DNA from: Planctomycetaceae bacterium
GTDB taxonomy: Bacteria > Planctomycetota > Phycisphaerae > Phycisphaerales > SM1A02
Direction: 5' to 3'
Assembly (NCBI GenBank): GCA_947480055.1
Contig: CANKBX010000001.1
Coordinates: 1 to 56,604 of the forward strand
DNA: 56,604 bases
A program made the position numbers and the translations under genes. How positions within the stretch are numbered: position 1 is the stretch's first letter; each line of letters begins with the position of its first letter. Shown in pieces: positions 28,040 to 36,331 of this stretch. A model generated the notes under the pieces. That model made no database searches. It saw nothing but the letters and a program-made list of their open reading frames with translations, and was not told the origin of the DNA.

Positions 28040-28627
28040 ATGAGAAATATCACCGTCTATTGTTCAAGTAGCGTAAGTCTGGACACCAAATTTATGGACG
28101 CCGCGCGTCTGCTTGGCCAAGAGATGGCGCGGCGAAAAATGGCGTTGGTGTACGGCGGCGGAAGCATTGGTTTAATGGGGGAAATTGCGCGAACCATGAA
28201 GAGCGCTGGCGGAAAAGTGGTGGGCGTGATCACCAAAAGATTGTTGGACTTGGAGCAAGGCTACGACCAGTGCGACGAACTGATCGTGGTGGACACCATG
28301 GCTCAGCGCAAAACATTGATGGCGCAACGTGGCGACGCGTTCATTGCGTTGCCCGGTGGTCTAGGAACATTCGAGGAACTTTTCGAGGTGTTGGTGCAAC
28401 GCCAAGTGGGCGAGCATCGCAAGCCAATCGGACTTGTGAATTTGGCGGGCTATTACAACCCGCTGGTGAGCTTGATCGACCACGGCATCGAACATCGTTT
28501 CATCAAACCCGCGGTGCATCATCTATTACATGTGCATGAGGACCCCATCAATGTGTTGGATGGCGTGCTCAGCGCCGAGCCATTTGAAATTGATCCCGAT
28601 CGATTTCTACCGATGGGAAGCGGATGA
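28040..28627 (+). CDS. LOG family protein (TIGR00730; cytokinin riboside 5'-monophosphate phosphoribohydrolase-like)
   Basis: 195 aa. Motifs GGGSIGLMG and PGGLGTFEELFE. Confidence 0.9.
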   Translation: MRNITVYCSSSVSLDTKFMDAARLLGQEMARRKMALVYGGGSIGLMGEIARTMKSAGGKVVGVITKRLLDLEQGYDQCDELIVVDTMAQRKTLMAQRGDAFIALPGGLGTFEELFEVLVQRQVGEHRKPIGLVNLAGYYNPLVSLIDHGIEHRFIKPAVHHLLHVHEDPINVLDGVLSAEPFEIDPDRFLPMGSG

Positions 28628-29481
28628 ATTCATCCGCATCCGCGATTCAATCTTTGCCGCCGCTTGGCTTGATCGCGGGCAACGGCCACTTGCCGTTGTT
28701 GGTCGCGCGCGGCGCCAAGGCCGCGGGCCGGCGCGTGATCGCGGTTGGTTTGCGCGATCAATTTGATTCGGCGTTGCCAGCGCTGTGCGATGAGTTTGAC
28801 CAGGCTGGTTGGCTGAGAATTGGAAAGTGGATTCGCCTGCTTCGCCACGCCGGCGTGCATGAAGCCGTCATGGTGGGCGGAGTTTCCAAGCAGCGCATGC
28901 ATGATCCATTCAAGTTGATTCGGCAACTTCCAGATTTGCGCGCCGCCCGACTGTGGTACCGTCGTCTACGTCACGATCGCAGAAATGCCGCTGTTCTTGC
29001 GGCAGTTGCCGATGAATTGGCCAGCTCAGGAGTTACCTTGATGGATTCAACAACCTACATCCAAGAACATCTCGCAACACTTGGCGTCATGGGTTCCGTC
29101 ACGCCCAGCAGCGCGCAGCAGGCGGACATTGCATTTGGTTGGCCGATTATTTCACAAGTGTGTGAACTGGATGTTGGGCAAGCCATTGCCGTGCGCGACC
29201 GCGACACAATCGCCGTTGAAGCAGTTGAGGGAACAGACGCCATGATTGATCGCGCCAGCACGCTGTGTCGCTCGCGCGGTTGGACGTTGTTGAAAACATC
29301 CAGCGGCAACCATGATCGACGCGCCGATGTGCCCACGGTTGGCGTGGCCACGATTGAGCGATTGGCCAAAGCGGGCGGAACATGTTTGGCCCTTGGCGTG
29401 GGCCGCGTGATCTTGATTGAGAAACCCATTGTGATTGCCGCAGCCAATCGACTTGGCGTAGCGGTTGTTGGCGTGGCCTAA
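28624..29481 (+). CDS. lpxI: UDP-2,3-diacylglucosamine pyrophosphatase LpxI (DUF1009)
   Basis: 285 aa. Motifs LGLIAGNGHLP and DVGQAIAVRDRDTIAVEAVEGTDAMIDR. ATGA overlap with the LOG gene stop. Confidence 0.8.
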   Translation: MNSSASAIQSLPPLGLIAGNGHLPLLVARGAKAAGRRVIAVGLRDQFDSALPALCDEFDQAGWLRIGKWIRLLRHAGVHEAVMVGGVSKQRMHDPFKLIRQLPDLRAARLWYRRLRHDRRNAAVLAAVADELASSGVTLMDSTTYIQEHLATLGVMGSVTPSSAQQADIAFGWPIISQVCELDVGQAIAVRDRDTIAVEAVEGTDAMIDRASTLCRSRGWTLLKTSSGNHDRRADVPTVGVATIERLAKAGGTCLALGVGRVILIEKPIVIAAANRLGVAVVGVA

Positions 29482-29509
29482 ACGCGCGCGCACATGAAAG
29501 CACGCGCCA

Positions 29510-30172
29510 ATGCATGACGAAGAAAAAATCACGCGCGGCGCGGATGAACACGCGATTGAAAAAGAGAACTCGCCCCCGCTTGCGCAACCCACGCTTGCAT
29601 CACGCGCGGGCTTGAAATTGCAACACGCTTTGGAGACATTCCAACTGGATGTGAAAGATAAAATTTGCGCTGATTTTGGCTGCAATATTGGCGGTTTCAC
29701 GGATGTGCTTTTGCGCGCCGGCGCGCGTCAAGTGATCAGCATTGACACGGGCTACGGAACGCTGGCGTGGCGCCTGCGCAATGACGCGCGCGTGATTGTG
29801 CGCGAGCGCACCAACGCCTTGCACGCCGATGTCACGGAGGGCGGCGTTGACATTGTGGTGATGGATTTGGCGTGGACGCAACAAAAACTTTCGGTTCCGG
29901 TGGCGCTGAAGTGGTTGCGCGGCGGCGGAAAAATTGTGTCGCTAGTGAAGCCGCACTACGAAGTGGAAGGCGCGGAAAAAGCGTGGCTGAAAAATGGTTT
30001 TCTTGCGCACGAACATGTGCCCGTGGTTGTGGCGCGCGTGCGCCAGGCCATGCAAAACCTTGGCGCAAAAGTTCTTGCGGACACCGCTTCTCCAATCACT
30101 GGCGGCAAAAGTTCCCGCCGCGCCGGCTCGCCTGGCAACATGGAATGGCTCATGTTGCTTGAAGCCTTGTAA
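29510..30172 (+). CDS. tlyA: TlyA-family (FtsJ-like) rRNA 2'-O-methyltransferase lacking the N-terminal S4 domain
   Basis: 220 aa. SRAGLKLQHALETF, DFGCNIGGFTDVLL, IDTGYGTLAWRLRNDARV and LVKPHYE align to TlyA. Only about 30 acidic residues precede the catalytic domain. Confidence 0.8.
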   Translation: MHDEEKITRGADEHAIEKENSPPLAQPTLASRAGLKLQHALETFQLDVKDKICADFGCNIGGFTDVLLRAGARQVISIDTGYGTLAWRLRNDARVIVRERTNALHADVTEGGVDIVVMDLAWTQQKLSVPVALKWLRGGGKIVSLVKPHYEVEGAEKAWLKNGFLAHEHVPVVVARVRQAMQNLGAKVLADTASPITGGKSSRRAGSPGNMEWLMLLEAL

Positions 30173-30456
30173 GCGCTGAGCGCGTTCAATTTTTGCTCAT
30201 GAACCGCGATCCAAGCGCCAAGTAAATGATGGCCAACGCATGAAATCAGACGTTGTATTTTTCATCATAAATCTGCGGCAATTCAGGGCAAAATTTCCTT
30301 AAGAAATAAGGCGCCATCATGCTCGTGCAGGGGCAATTTCGACTAGAATAAACGCTTGAATTGCGTCCCTAAATTCGTGCCTGAATTTGTCCCTTTCTGT
30401 GCCCCAAAAGATGTCGTGAACGATGTCGCATTTGATATTGCAAAGATGCCACAACC

Positions 30457-33108
30457 ATGAGTGAACCTGATCCAACCACACCCGCGCCAATTGATCACGT
30501 TGTTGAAATGCCCATTGAGCAGGAGTTGCACACCAGCTATCTGACATACGCCATGAGCACCATCATGGACCGCGCGCTGCCCGATGTGCGCGATGGTTTG
30601 AAGCCAAGTCAGCGCCGCATTTTGGTGGCCATGCATGACTTAAATCTCACGCCAGGGCGTAAGCACATCAAGTGCGCCAAGATTTGCGGCGACACCAGCG
30701 GCAACTATCACCCGCACGGCGAGAGCGTGATTTATCCAACGCTTGTGAATTTGGGGCAAGTGTGGAAGACGCGCTACCTATTGATTGACAAGCAAGGAAA
30801 CTTTGGATCCATCGAGGGCGATCCTCCAGCCGCCATGCGTTACACCGAAGCGCGCATGACCGCGCCGGCAACCGCGATGCTGGAAGATTTGGACAAGGAA
30901 ACAGTTGATTTCAAGGCGAATTACGACGAGCGCTTGCAAGAGCCAACAGTTCTTCCGGCGCGATTTCCAAACTTGCTTGTCAATGGAAGTTCGGGCATCG
31001 CCGTGGGCATGGCCAGCAGCATGCCGCCGCACAATCTCAGCGAGGCCTGCGACGCCATTGTGAAGATGATCGACAATCCAAACATTAGTTTGGAAGAACT
31101 CATGCGCGTTTTGCCTGGGCCCGATTTTCCCACCGGCGGAATCCTGATTGGTCGACGTGGAATTGTGGAGGCCTACACCTCTGGCCGCGGCAAAGTCACT
31201 CTGCGTGGGCGCGTGCATGTTGCCAAGGAAGGCGGCCGCGACGCCATCATCATCGATGAGATTCCATATCAAGTTGTGCAATCCAATTTGATCGAGAAGA
31301 TTGTCATTGCCAGTCGCGAAGGTCGTATTCCTGATATTGCCGATGTGCGCAATCACTCTGGCCGCGATGCGCAAACGCGCGTTGTGGTGGTGCTGAAAAA
31401 AGGCGCGGACCCCGCGATCGTCGAGAAACAACTTTACGAATACACGCCACTGCAAAGCACCTTCTCCATTATCAACATTGCGCTGGTGAACCACCAACCG
31501 CGAACCCTTGGCGTGCGCCAAATTATTCAATGCCACATCGACCACCGAAAAGAGGTCATTCGCCGCAGAACTGGCTTCCTTTTGCGCCAAGCCAAGCAGC
31601 AGGCGCATCGCCTTGAGGGCTTGATCTACGCGGTGTGCGATATCGATGAGGTGATCCGAATCATCCGCGAAAGCCGTGAACGCGAAGAGGCAATTCTGAG
31701 CCTGATGCAACACGCGTTCCGCATCACTCCGGACCATCGATACGCGCCGCTTATTCCAACGCGCGTCGCCGAGGCTTCGCGTGTTGGCGACGGCGCGCTG
31801 CTGACTCGCGTGCAAGCCGAGGCCATTGGCGCCATGCGGCTCATTCAACTTGTTGGTCTTGAAGTTGAAAAACTTGCGGCGGAATTTAGCAAGGTGCTTG
31901 AGGACATTGACGGACTTGAATCTATTTTGGCGGACGAGAAGCGCGTGCTTGACATTGTGCGCGAGGACGTGCTTGAGCTGAAGGAAAAGTTTGGTGACGA
32001 GCGCCGTACCGCGATTGAACAGGGCGAAGCCGAGGACTTTGAAATGGCCGACCTGATTCCAGAGCACGAAGTGGTGGTCACCATTTCGCACGCGGGCTGG
32101 GTGAAGCGATTGCCGGCCGACGCCTACAGAACCCAAGGCCGCGGCGGCGTTGGCGTGCGCGGAAGCGACGCCAAAGATGGCGACTTCATTGAGCAAATTT
32201 TCACCGGCTCCAGCCACGACGATCTTTTGTGTTTCACCACAACTGGCCGTGTTTTCCGCATGAAAACCTGGCAAATTCCAGAAATGTCGCGCACCTCCAA
32301 AGGCCGCGCCATTCAGAATTTGATCGAGTTGCGCGACGGCGAAACCGTGCAGACATTCTTGTCGGTTTCAAATTTTGAAACCCGCGAGGATTTTCTGTTC
32401 TTCGTCACGCGCGAGGGCCGCGTGAAGCGCACCGCGCTGCAAGAATTCCGCAACGTGAACAAAAGTGGAATCATCGCGCTGAAACTGAACGACAACGATC
32501 ACTTGGTGAACGTGCTTTTAACCAGCGGCAAAAATGATGTGCTGCTGGCCACCGCGCAAGGACTCGCTATTCGCTTTGATGAGAACGACGCACGCGTGAT
32601 GGGTCGCGCCACCGCGGGCGTGACTGGAATGAACTTGCGCGAGGACGACTACATCGTGGGCGCGGTCCGATGCGATCCCGACACTGATCTGCTCACCGCC
32701 ACCGTGAACGGCTTCGGCAAGCGCACCGCGCTCACCGAATACATGGTGCAACAAGATGATGGCTCCATGCGTTGTCAAAATCGCGGTGGCAAGGGTCGCT
32801 ACGACATCAAGACCGAGGGCCGCAACGGCCTTGTGGTTTCTGTTCGAGCAGTGACCGCAGCCGATCAACTGATGCTGCTTTCCAAAGAGGGCATGGTGGT
32901 GCGCATTCCAGCCACGGCCATCGGTCAAATTGGTCGCAACACCATGGGGGTGCGCATTATGCGCCTTGGCGAGGGCGATTCCCTTATGGGCGTTGCGTTG
33001 GTTGCCGAAGTGGATGAGACAACTCCACCAGGCGAACTGCCACCAACCGAGGCGACTTCGGAAATCCTTCCAGAAACCCCGCCAGAAACCCCGCCAAACG
33101 CCGCATAA
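30457..33108 (+). CDS. gyrA: DNA gyrase subunit A
   Basis: 883 aa. Motifs AMSTIMDRALPDVRDGLKPSQRRIL, YHPHGE and AMRYTEARM. It has C-terminal beta-pinwheel repeats. Confidence 0.97.
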   Translation: MSEPDPTTPAPIDHVVEMPIEQELHTSYLTYAMSTIMDRALPDVRDGLKPSQRRILVAMHDLNLTPGRKHIKCAKICGDTSGNYHPHGESVIYPTLVNLGQVWKTRYLLIDKQGNFGSIEGDPPAAMRYTEARMTAPATAMLEDLDKETVDFKANYDERLQEPTVLPARFPNLLVNGSSGIAVGMASSMPPHNLSEACDAIVKMIDNPNISLEELMRVLPGPDFPTGGILIGRRGIVEAYTSGRGKVTLRGRVHVAKEGGRDAIIIDEIPYQVVQSNLIEKIVIASREGRIPDIADVRNHSGRDAQTRVVVVLKKGADPAIVEKQLYEYTPLQSTFSIINIALVNHQPRTLGVRQIIQCHIDHRKEVIRRRTGFLLRQAKQQAHRLEGLIYAVCDIDEVIRIIRESREREEAILSLMQHAFRITPDHRYAPLIPTRVAEASRVGDGALLTRVQAEAIGAMRLIQLVGLEVEKLAAEFSKVLEDIDGLESILADEKRVLDIVREDVLELKEKFGDERRTAIEQGEAEDFEMADLIPEHEVVVTISHAGWVKRLPADAYRTQGRGGVGVRGSDAKDGDFIEQIFTGSSHDDLLCFTTTGRVFRMKTWQIPEMSRTSKGRAIQNLIELRDGETVQTFLSVSNFETREDFLFFVTREGRVKRTALQEFRNVNKSGIIALKLNDNDHLVNVLLTSGKNDVLLATAQGLAIRFDENDARVMGRATAGVTGMNLREDDYIVGAVRCDPDTDLLTATVNGFGKRTALTEYMVQQDDGSMRCQNRGGKGRYDIKTEGRNGLVVSVRAVTAADQLMLLSKEGMVVRIPATAIGQIGRNTMGVRIMRLGEGDSLMGVALVAEVDETTPPGELPPTEATSEILPETPPETPPNAA

Positions 33109-33149
33109 ACCTTCACGGAAACAAAACCGAACTTGGCTACTATTCACGC

Positions 33150-33494
33150 ATGTCAATTACCGAATGGTCCGAAGAAGTGTTGTTGGTTGATCTCTTTCCC
33201 GAGCCATTGCTTTCGGAAGATTTGCAACAACTGTTGCTTGCCATCGATGGACCAGGCGCGCCGACGAAACATGTGATTTTGGATTTTCAACAAGTCTACA
33301 GCCTCACCTCCAGCAACATCGCGTCACTGTTGCGCGTGCGCAAACGAGTGCTGCAACAAAAGCGCAGGCTATTTGTGTGCGCCATCAACGACCGGGTGTG
33401 GAGCATCTTCATGACCGCGGGTTTGGACGATGTGTTTGAAACTTCCGCCGAAGTTTCCACCGCGTTGGCCAGCGTCCAATTGGGAATTGAATAA
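33150..33494 (+). CDS. STAS domain protein (SpoIIAA-like anti-sigma-factor antagonist fold)
   Basis: 114 aa. LDFQQVYSLTSSNIASLLRVRKRV matches the phosphorylatable Ser loop position. LFVCAINDRVWSIFMTAGLDDVFE matches the C-terminal STAS pattern. Confidence 0.65.
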   Translation: MSITEWSEEVLLVDLFPEPLLSEDLQQLLLAIDGPGAPTKHVILDFQQVYSLTSSNIASLLRVRKRVLQQKRRLFVCAINDRVWSIFMTAGLDDVFETSAEVSTALASVQLGIE

Positions 33495-33497
33495 GCC

Positions 33498-33923
33498 ATG
33501 CGCCGCATTCGCCGTGATCCACCGGAGGCCCGCATTGAGCTCAATCCACTGATTGATCTCATGACATTCTTGTTGACGTTCTTCATTTACGCCGTTGTGA
33601 TGATGGTGCGCGTGGATTTGGTGCCGATGGATTTAAAGCAATTTGCCAGCGGAAAGCCCGCAAAACCCGCCACGGCCGCCACGATCAGCGTGCTGCGCAC
33701 GGGCAAAATTTATTTCAACAAGGAAGAAGTTGAGATGAAAGATGTTGAAGTGAAGGTGCGCGAAGCCAAGGCCGCCGACCCAAAGACCGTTGTGTATTTG
33801 GCCATTGAAGATGGCCAAGGCGTGACCGACCGCGCGCCAATCTTGCAAGATTTGTGGGACCGACTGCAAGACGAGGGCGTGAATATTCAACTGGTTGGTG
33901 GCGCCAAAGCCAGCAAGCAGTAA
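33498..33923 (+). CDS. exbD: Biopolymer transport protein ExbD/TolR
   Basis: 141 aa. ELNPLIDLMTFLLTFFIYAVV is the signature TM segment. Starts 3 nt after the STAS stop. Confidence 0.8.
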   Translation: MRRIRRDPPEARIELNPLIDLMTFLLTFFIYAVVMMVRVDLVPMDLKQFASGKPAKPATAATISVLRTGKIYFNKEEVEMKDVEVKVREAKAADPKTVVYLAIEDGQGVTDRAPILQDLWDRLQDEGVNIQLVGGAKASKQ

Positions 33924-35458
33924 TGCCTCCCACCGCCGCGAGTCCAGTATCTAGGGACACGATCTACGCCGAAGTTCGGCTGAATCAACAACTTCGTCGG
34001 CTCGAGCAAGAGAGCGTATTCAGTTGGCCGTTGGCGATTGGATTTTTCATCGGCATCTTTGTTGTGTTGGCGGGCGCTCCAACCATGCTGATCATGGGCA
34101 GCTATATGGATAAATATTCCAACGAAAAGAAAGCGCGCCAAGCGGCATTCAGCGTTGAAAAGGAAATGGAGAAGTCAAAGCAGCGGACGCCCGAGGAAGA
34201 AGAACAGCTGCTGAAACTTGGAATAGAAGACGGCACCGAAAAATCCACCATGACTTGGATTGGATATAAGGATTATCAAGAGCAATTCGCGCGCAAAAGC
34301 GAAGTGGAGCAAGCCGCGTTTAAAGAAACTGATGCTGGAGGGCAGCCCGCGCAAGCTCAACCAAATCAACAAGCGTCCCCGCCGGCTCAGGCTCAGGCGC
34401 AAACTCCACCGCCAACTCCACAAACACCACCCGCTCAACAACCCGCGGCGCCAACCGTGCTTGCACAAGCCGAGCCGCCCACAACTGAAACCGCGCCCGC
34501 GCCAACCGAACCTGCTCCGCCGGTGCAAGCCCCCGACACCACCAAAGCTGTCGCGCCGCCACCCATGCCGGTTTCATTGGCGCTGCCTGAAACACCTAAA
34601 GTCGCGAATCCATCCGCGGTTGTTCCACTTGCGGATGAACGCAAAATTGAAACACAAATATTGCCTGTTGAAAAAGTGGGCGACTCCAAAGATGACAAAG
34701 TTCCGCCAGAACCGCTGAAGATGCCGCCACCAGATTCCAAGCCAACGGATGAGAAACCCAATGATTTAAAGCCAAATGAGGCGAAACCAACGGATGCAAA
34801 ACCGATTGATGAAAAGCAACCAGAGAAACCCGCGGATGTGAAACCCACCGATGAGAAGCCGCTTGAGGCGACCAAGCCACAAGTAAAACCGCCTGACACA
34901 AAGCCGCCAGAAAAAACTGCTGAAGCAAAACCCGCGGAGGCGAAACCGGCGCAGCCAACAACTCCGCAGCAACCAACGGTTGCCACGCCACCGCCATCGC
35001 CAGCCACTCCGCCACAACAACAATCACCCGCGAGTCCGCCCGCAAATCCAAGCCAACAAACTCCCGCGACGCAACCTGGCTCCACTCCCGGTCCGCCCGC
35101 GGATGGAGAGAAGTCTGATCGCGAGTCGGACGCCACAAGCATTGTTGATGTTCCTCAGGCCAAGTGGCGCAACGGTCGCCCACTTGCGAGCAAAGGTTTG
35201 AACGTTCGCACGCAACGTCCCGTCTTTGACGAGCTCACAACAATTTCAACCGCTCCCGCAAATCCAATCATTGAAATTGATTTTGACAAAGATGGCGTGC
35301 CCACAAAAAACACTCAAATCTTGCAGAGTTCTGGCTCTCCATTGATCGATCAACCCATCCTTGATTGTCTGTTTCGTTGGCGCGCTTCTGGTAGTCAATT
35401 GACGAATTTGCCCGAAGGCAAGACCCTGAAGTATCGCATTCGCTTGATCTTAAAATAA
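33923..35458 (+). CDS. TonB-like energy transducer with a very long Pro/Lys/Glu/Thr-rich linker
   Basis: The ATG at 33923 overlaps the exbD stop (TAATG); the track ORF from 33854 would overlap exbD. It has one N-terminal TM segment, a low-complexity linker of about 270 aa, and a C-terminal ILQSSGSPLIDQPILDCLFRWRA matching TonB_C. Confidence 0.7.
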   Translation: MPPTAASPVSRDTIYAEVRLNQQLRRLEQESVFSWPLAIGFFIGIFVVLAGAPTMLIMGSYMDKYSNEKKARQAAFSVEKEMEKSKQRTPEEEEQLLKLGIEDGTEKSTMTWIGYKDYQEQFARKSEVEQAAFKETDAGGQPAQAQPNQQASPPAQAQAQTPPPTPQTPPAQQPAAPTVLAQAEPPTTETAPAPTEPAPPVQAPDTTKAVAPPPMPVSLALPETPKVANPSAVVPLADERKIETQILPVEKVGDSKDDKVPPEPLKMPPPDSKPTDEKPNDLKPNEAKPTDAKPIDEKQPEKPADVKPTDEKPLEATKPQVKPPDTKPPEKTAEAKPAEAKPAQPTTPQQPTVATPPPSPATPPQQQSPASPPANPSQQTPATQPGSTPGPPADGEKSDRESDATSIVDVPQAKWRNGRPLASKGLNVRTQRPVFDELTTISTAPANPIIEIDFDKDGVPTKNTQILQSSGSPLIDQPILDCLFRWRASGSQLTNLPEGKTLKYRIRLILK

Positions 35459-35533
35459 TTCCAAGCTGCGAAAATTAAATTCGCCGCAACATCACCGCAT
35501 AACAATTTACGTCAACGAATACGCACGCGCGGC

Positions 35534-36331
35534 TCACTCTTTTGCAACGCCAAGATTGCGCAAACGCTCCAGCAACATGCGGTCGGTCAAGTCGTAGAAC
35601 AATGGCGTGATGGTGATGCAACGCGCGGCGAGCGCCTCCACATCGCTGCCTTCGGCGGTGTGATAAAATTCCATCCCATTTCCAGAGGACCAGTAGTACA
35701 CCTGTCCATCTGGCGCGACACGTTTTTCATAGCCGTCAATTCCCGCGGAAGTGTTCATCGGAACAAGTTTGATTTGTGGCATTGGCGCATCGGCTGATTC
35801 AGTGTGCGGAACATTGATGCTGATCACGCGGTGCGAGTGGGGCAAGCCAGGCTTGAGAACATGATCAATGGCGTAACGCGCAATCGCGGCGGCGCGCGGC
35901 CAATTGGTTTTGCTGCGATCGCCAATATGCAGGCTGACGGCGATGGCGGGCACGCCCAGGAAAGCGGCCTCCACCGCGGCCGCGATGGTGCCGGAATAAA
36001 TCACGTTTATGCCCACATTTGAGCCATTATTCATGCCGCTGATCACCACGTCGGGCTGAGAATTGGGGCCATATTTTTCTTTCCACAACGCGCGCAAACC
36101 CAACTTGACGCAATCCGCGGGCGTGCCCACCACCGCGGTTCCGTTGGCGCCGTTGAGCAATGCGCGGGGGCGCGTCATGAGTGGCGTGTGAAAAGTAATG
36201 CCGTGGCTTTCCGCGCTTTGGCCATTGGCTGGAGCAACCACCATGACTTCACCGAGCGATTGGATCGCCGTGTGCAATGCGGAAATTCCTGGCGCGTCCA
36301 AACCATCGTCATTTGTCAAAAGTATTTTCAT
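35534..36331 (-). CDS. surE: 5'/3'-nucleotidase SurE
   Basis: 265 aa. N-terminus MKILLTNDDGLDAPGI, plus SGMNNGSN. Confidence 0.95.
   Translation of the reverse strand: MKILLTNDDGLDAPGISALHTAIQSLGEVMVVAPANGQSAESHGITFHTPLMTRPRALLNGANGTAVVGTPADCVKLGLRALWKEKYGPNSQPDVVISGMNNGSNVGINVIYSGTIAAAVEAAFLGVPAIAVSLHIGDRSKTNWPRAAAIARYAIDHVLKPGLPHSHRVISINVPHTESADAPMPQIKLVPMNTSAGIDGYEKRVAPDGQVYYWSSGNGMEFYHTAEGSDVEALAARCITITPLFYDLTDRMLLERLRNLGVAKE

Noticed and set aside
30173-30456. The 284-bp gyrA upstream region, which has quasi-periodic GT(C/G)CC(C/T) motifs (about 30363-30405) and several ORFs shorter than 25 aa.
   Set aside because: The motifs are short and degenerate. The tiny ORFs lack ribosome-binding sites. 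I saw no stable hairpin or known leader element, so this is probably an ordinary promoter and 5' UTR.
30778-32274. A 498-aa minus-strand ORF inside gyrA.
   Set aside because: It is a shadow ORF antisense to gyrA with no recognisable domain.
33854-33922. An upstream extension of the TonB-like ORF (MGPTARRGREY...).
   Set aside because: It would overlap exbD by 70 nt. The ATG at 33923 forms a TAATG junction with the exbD stop and precedes the TM segment at a normal distance.
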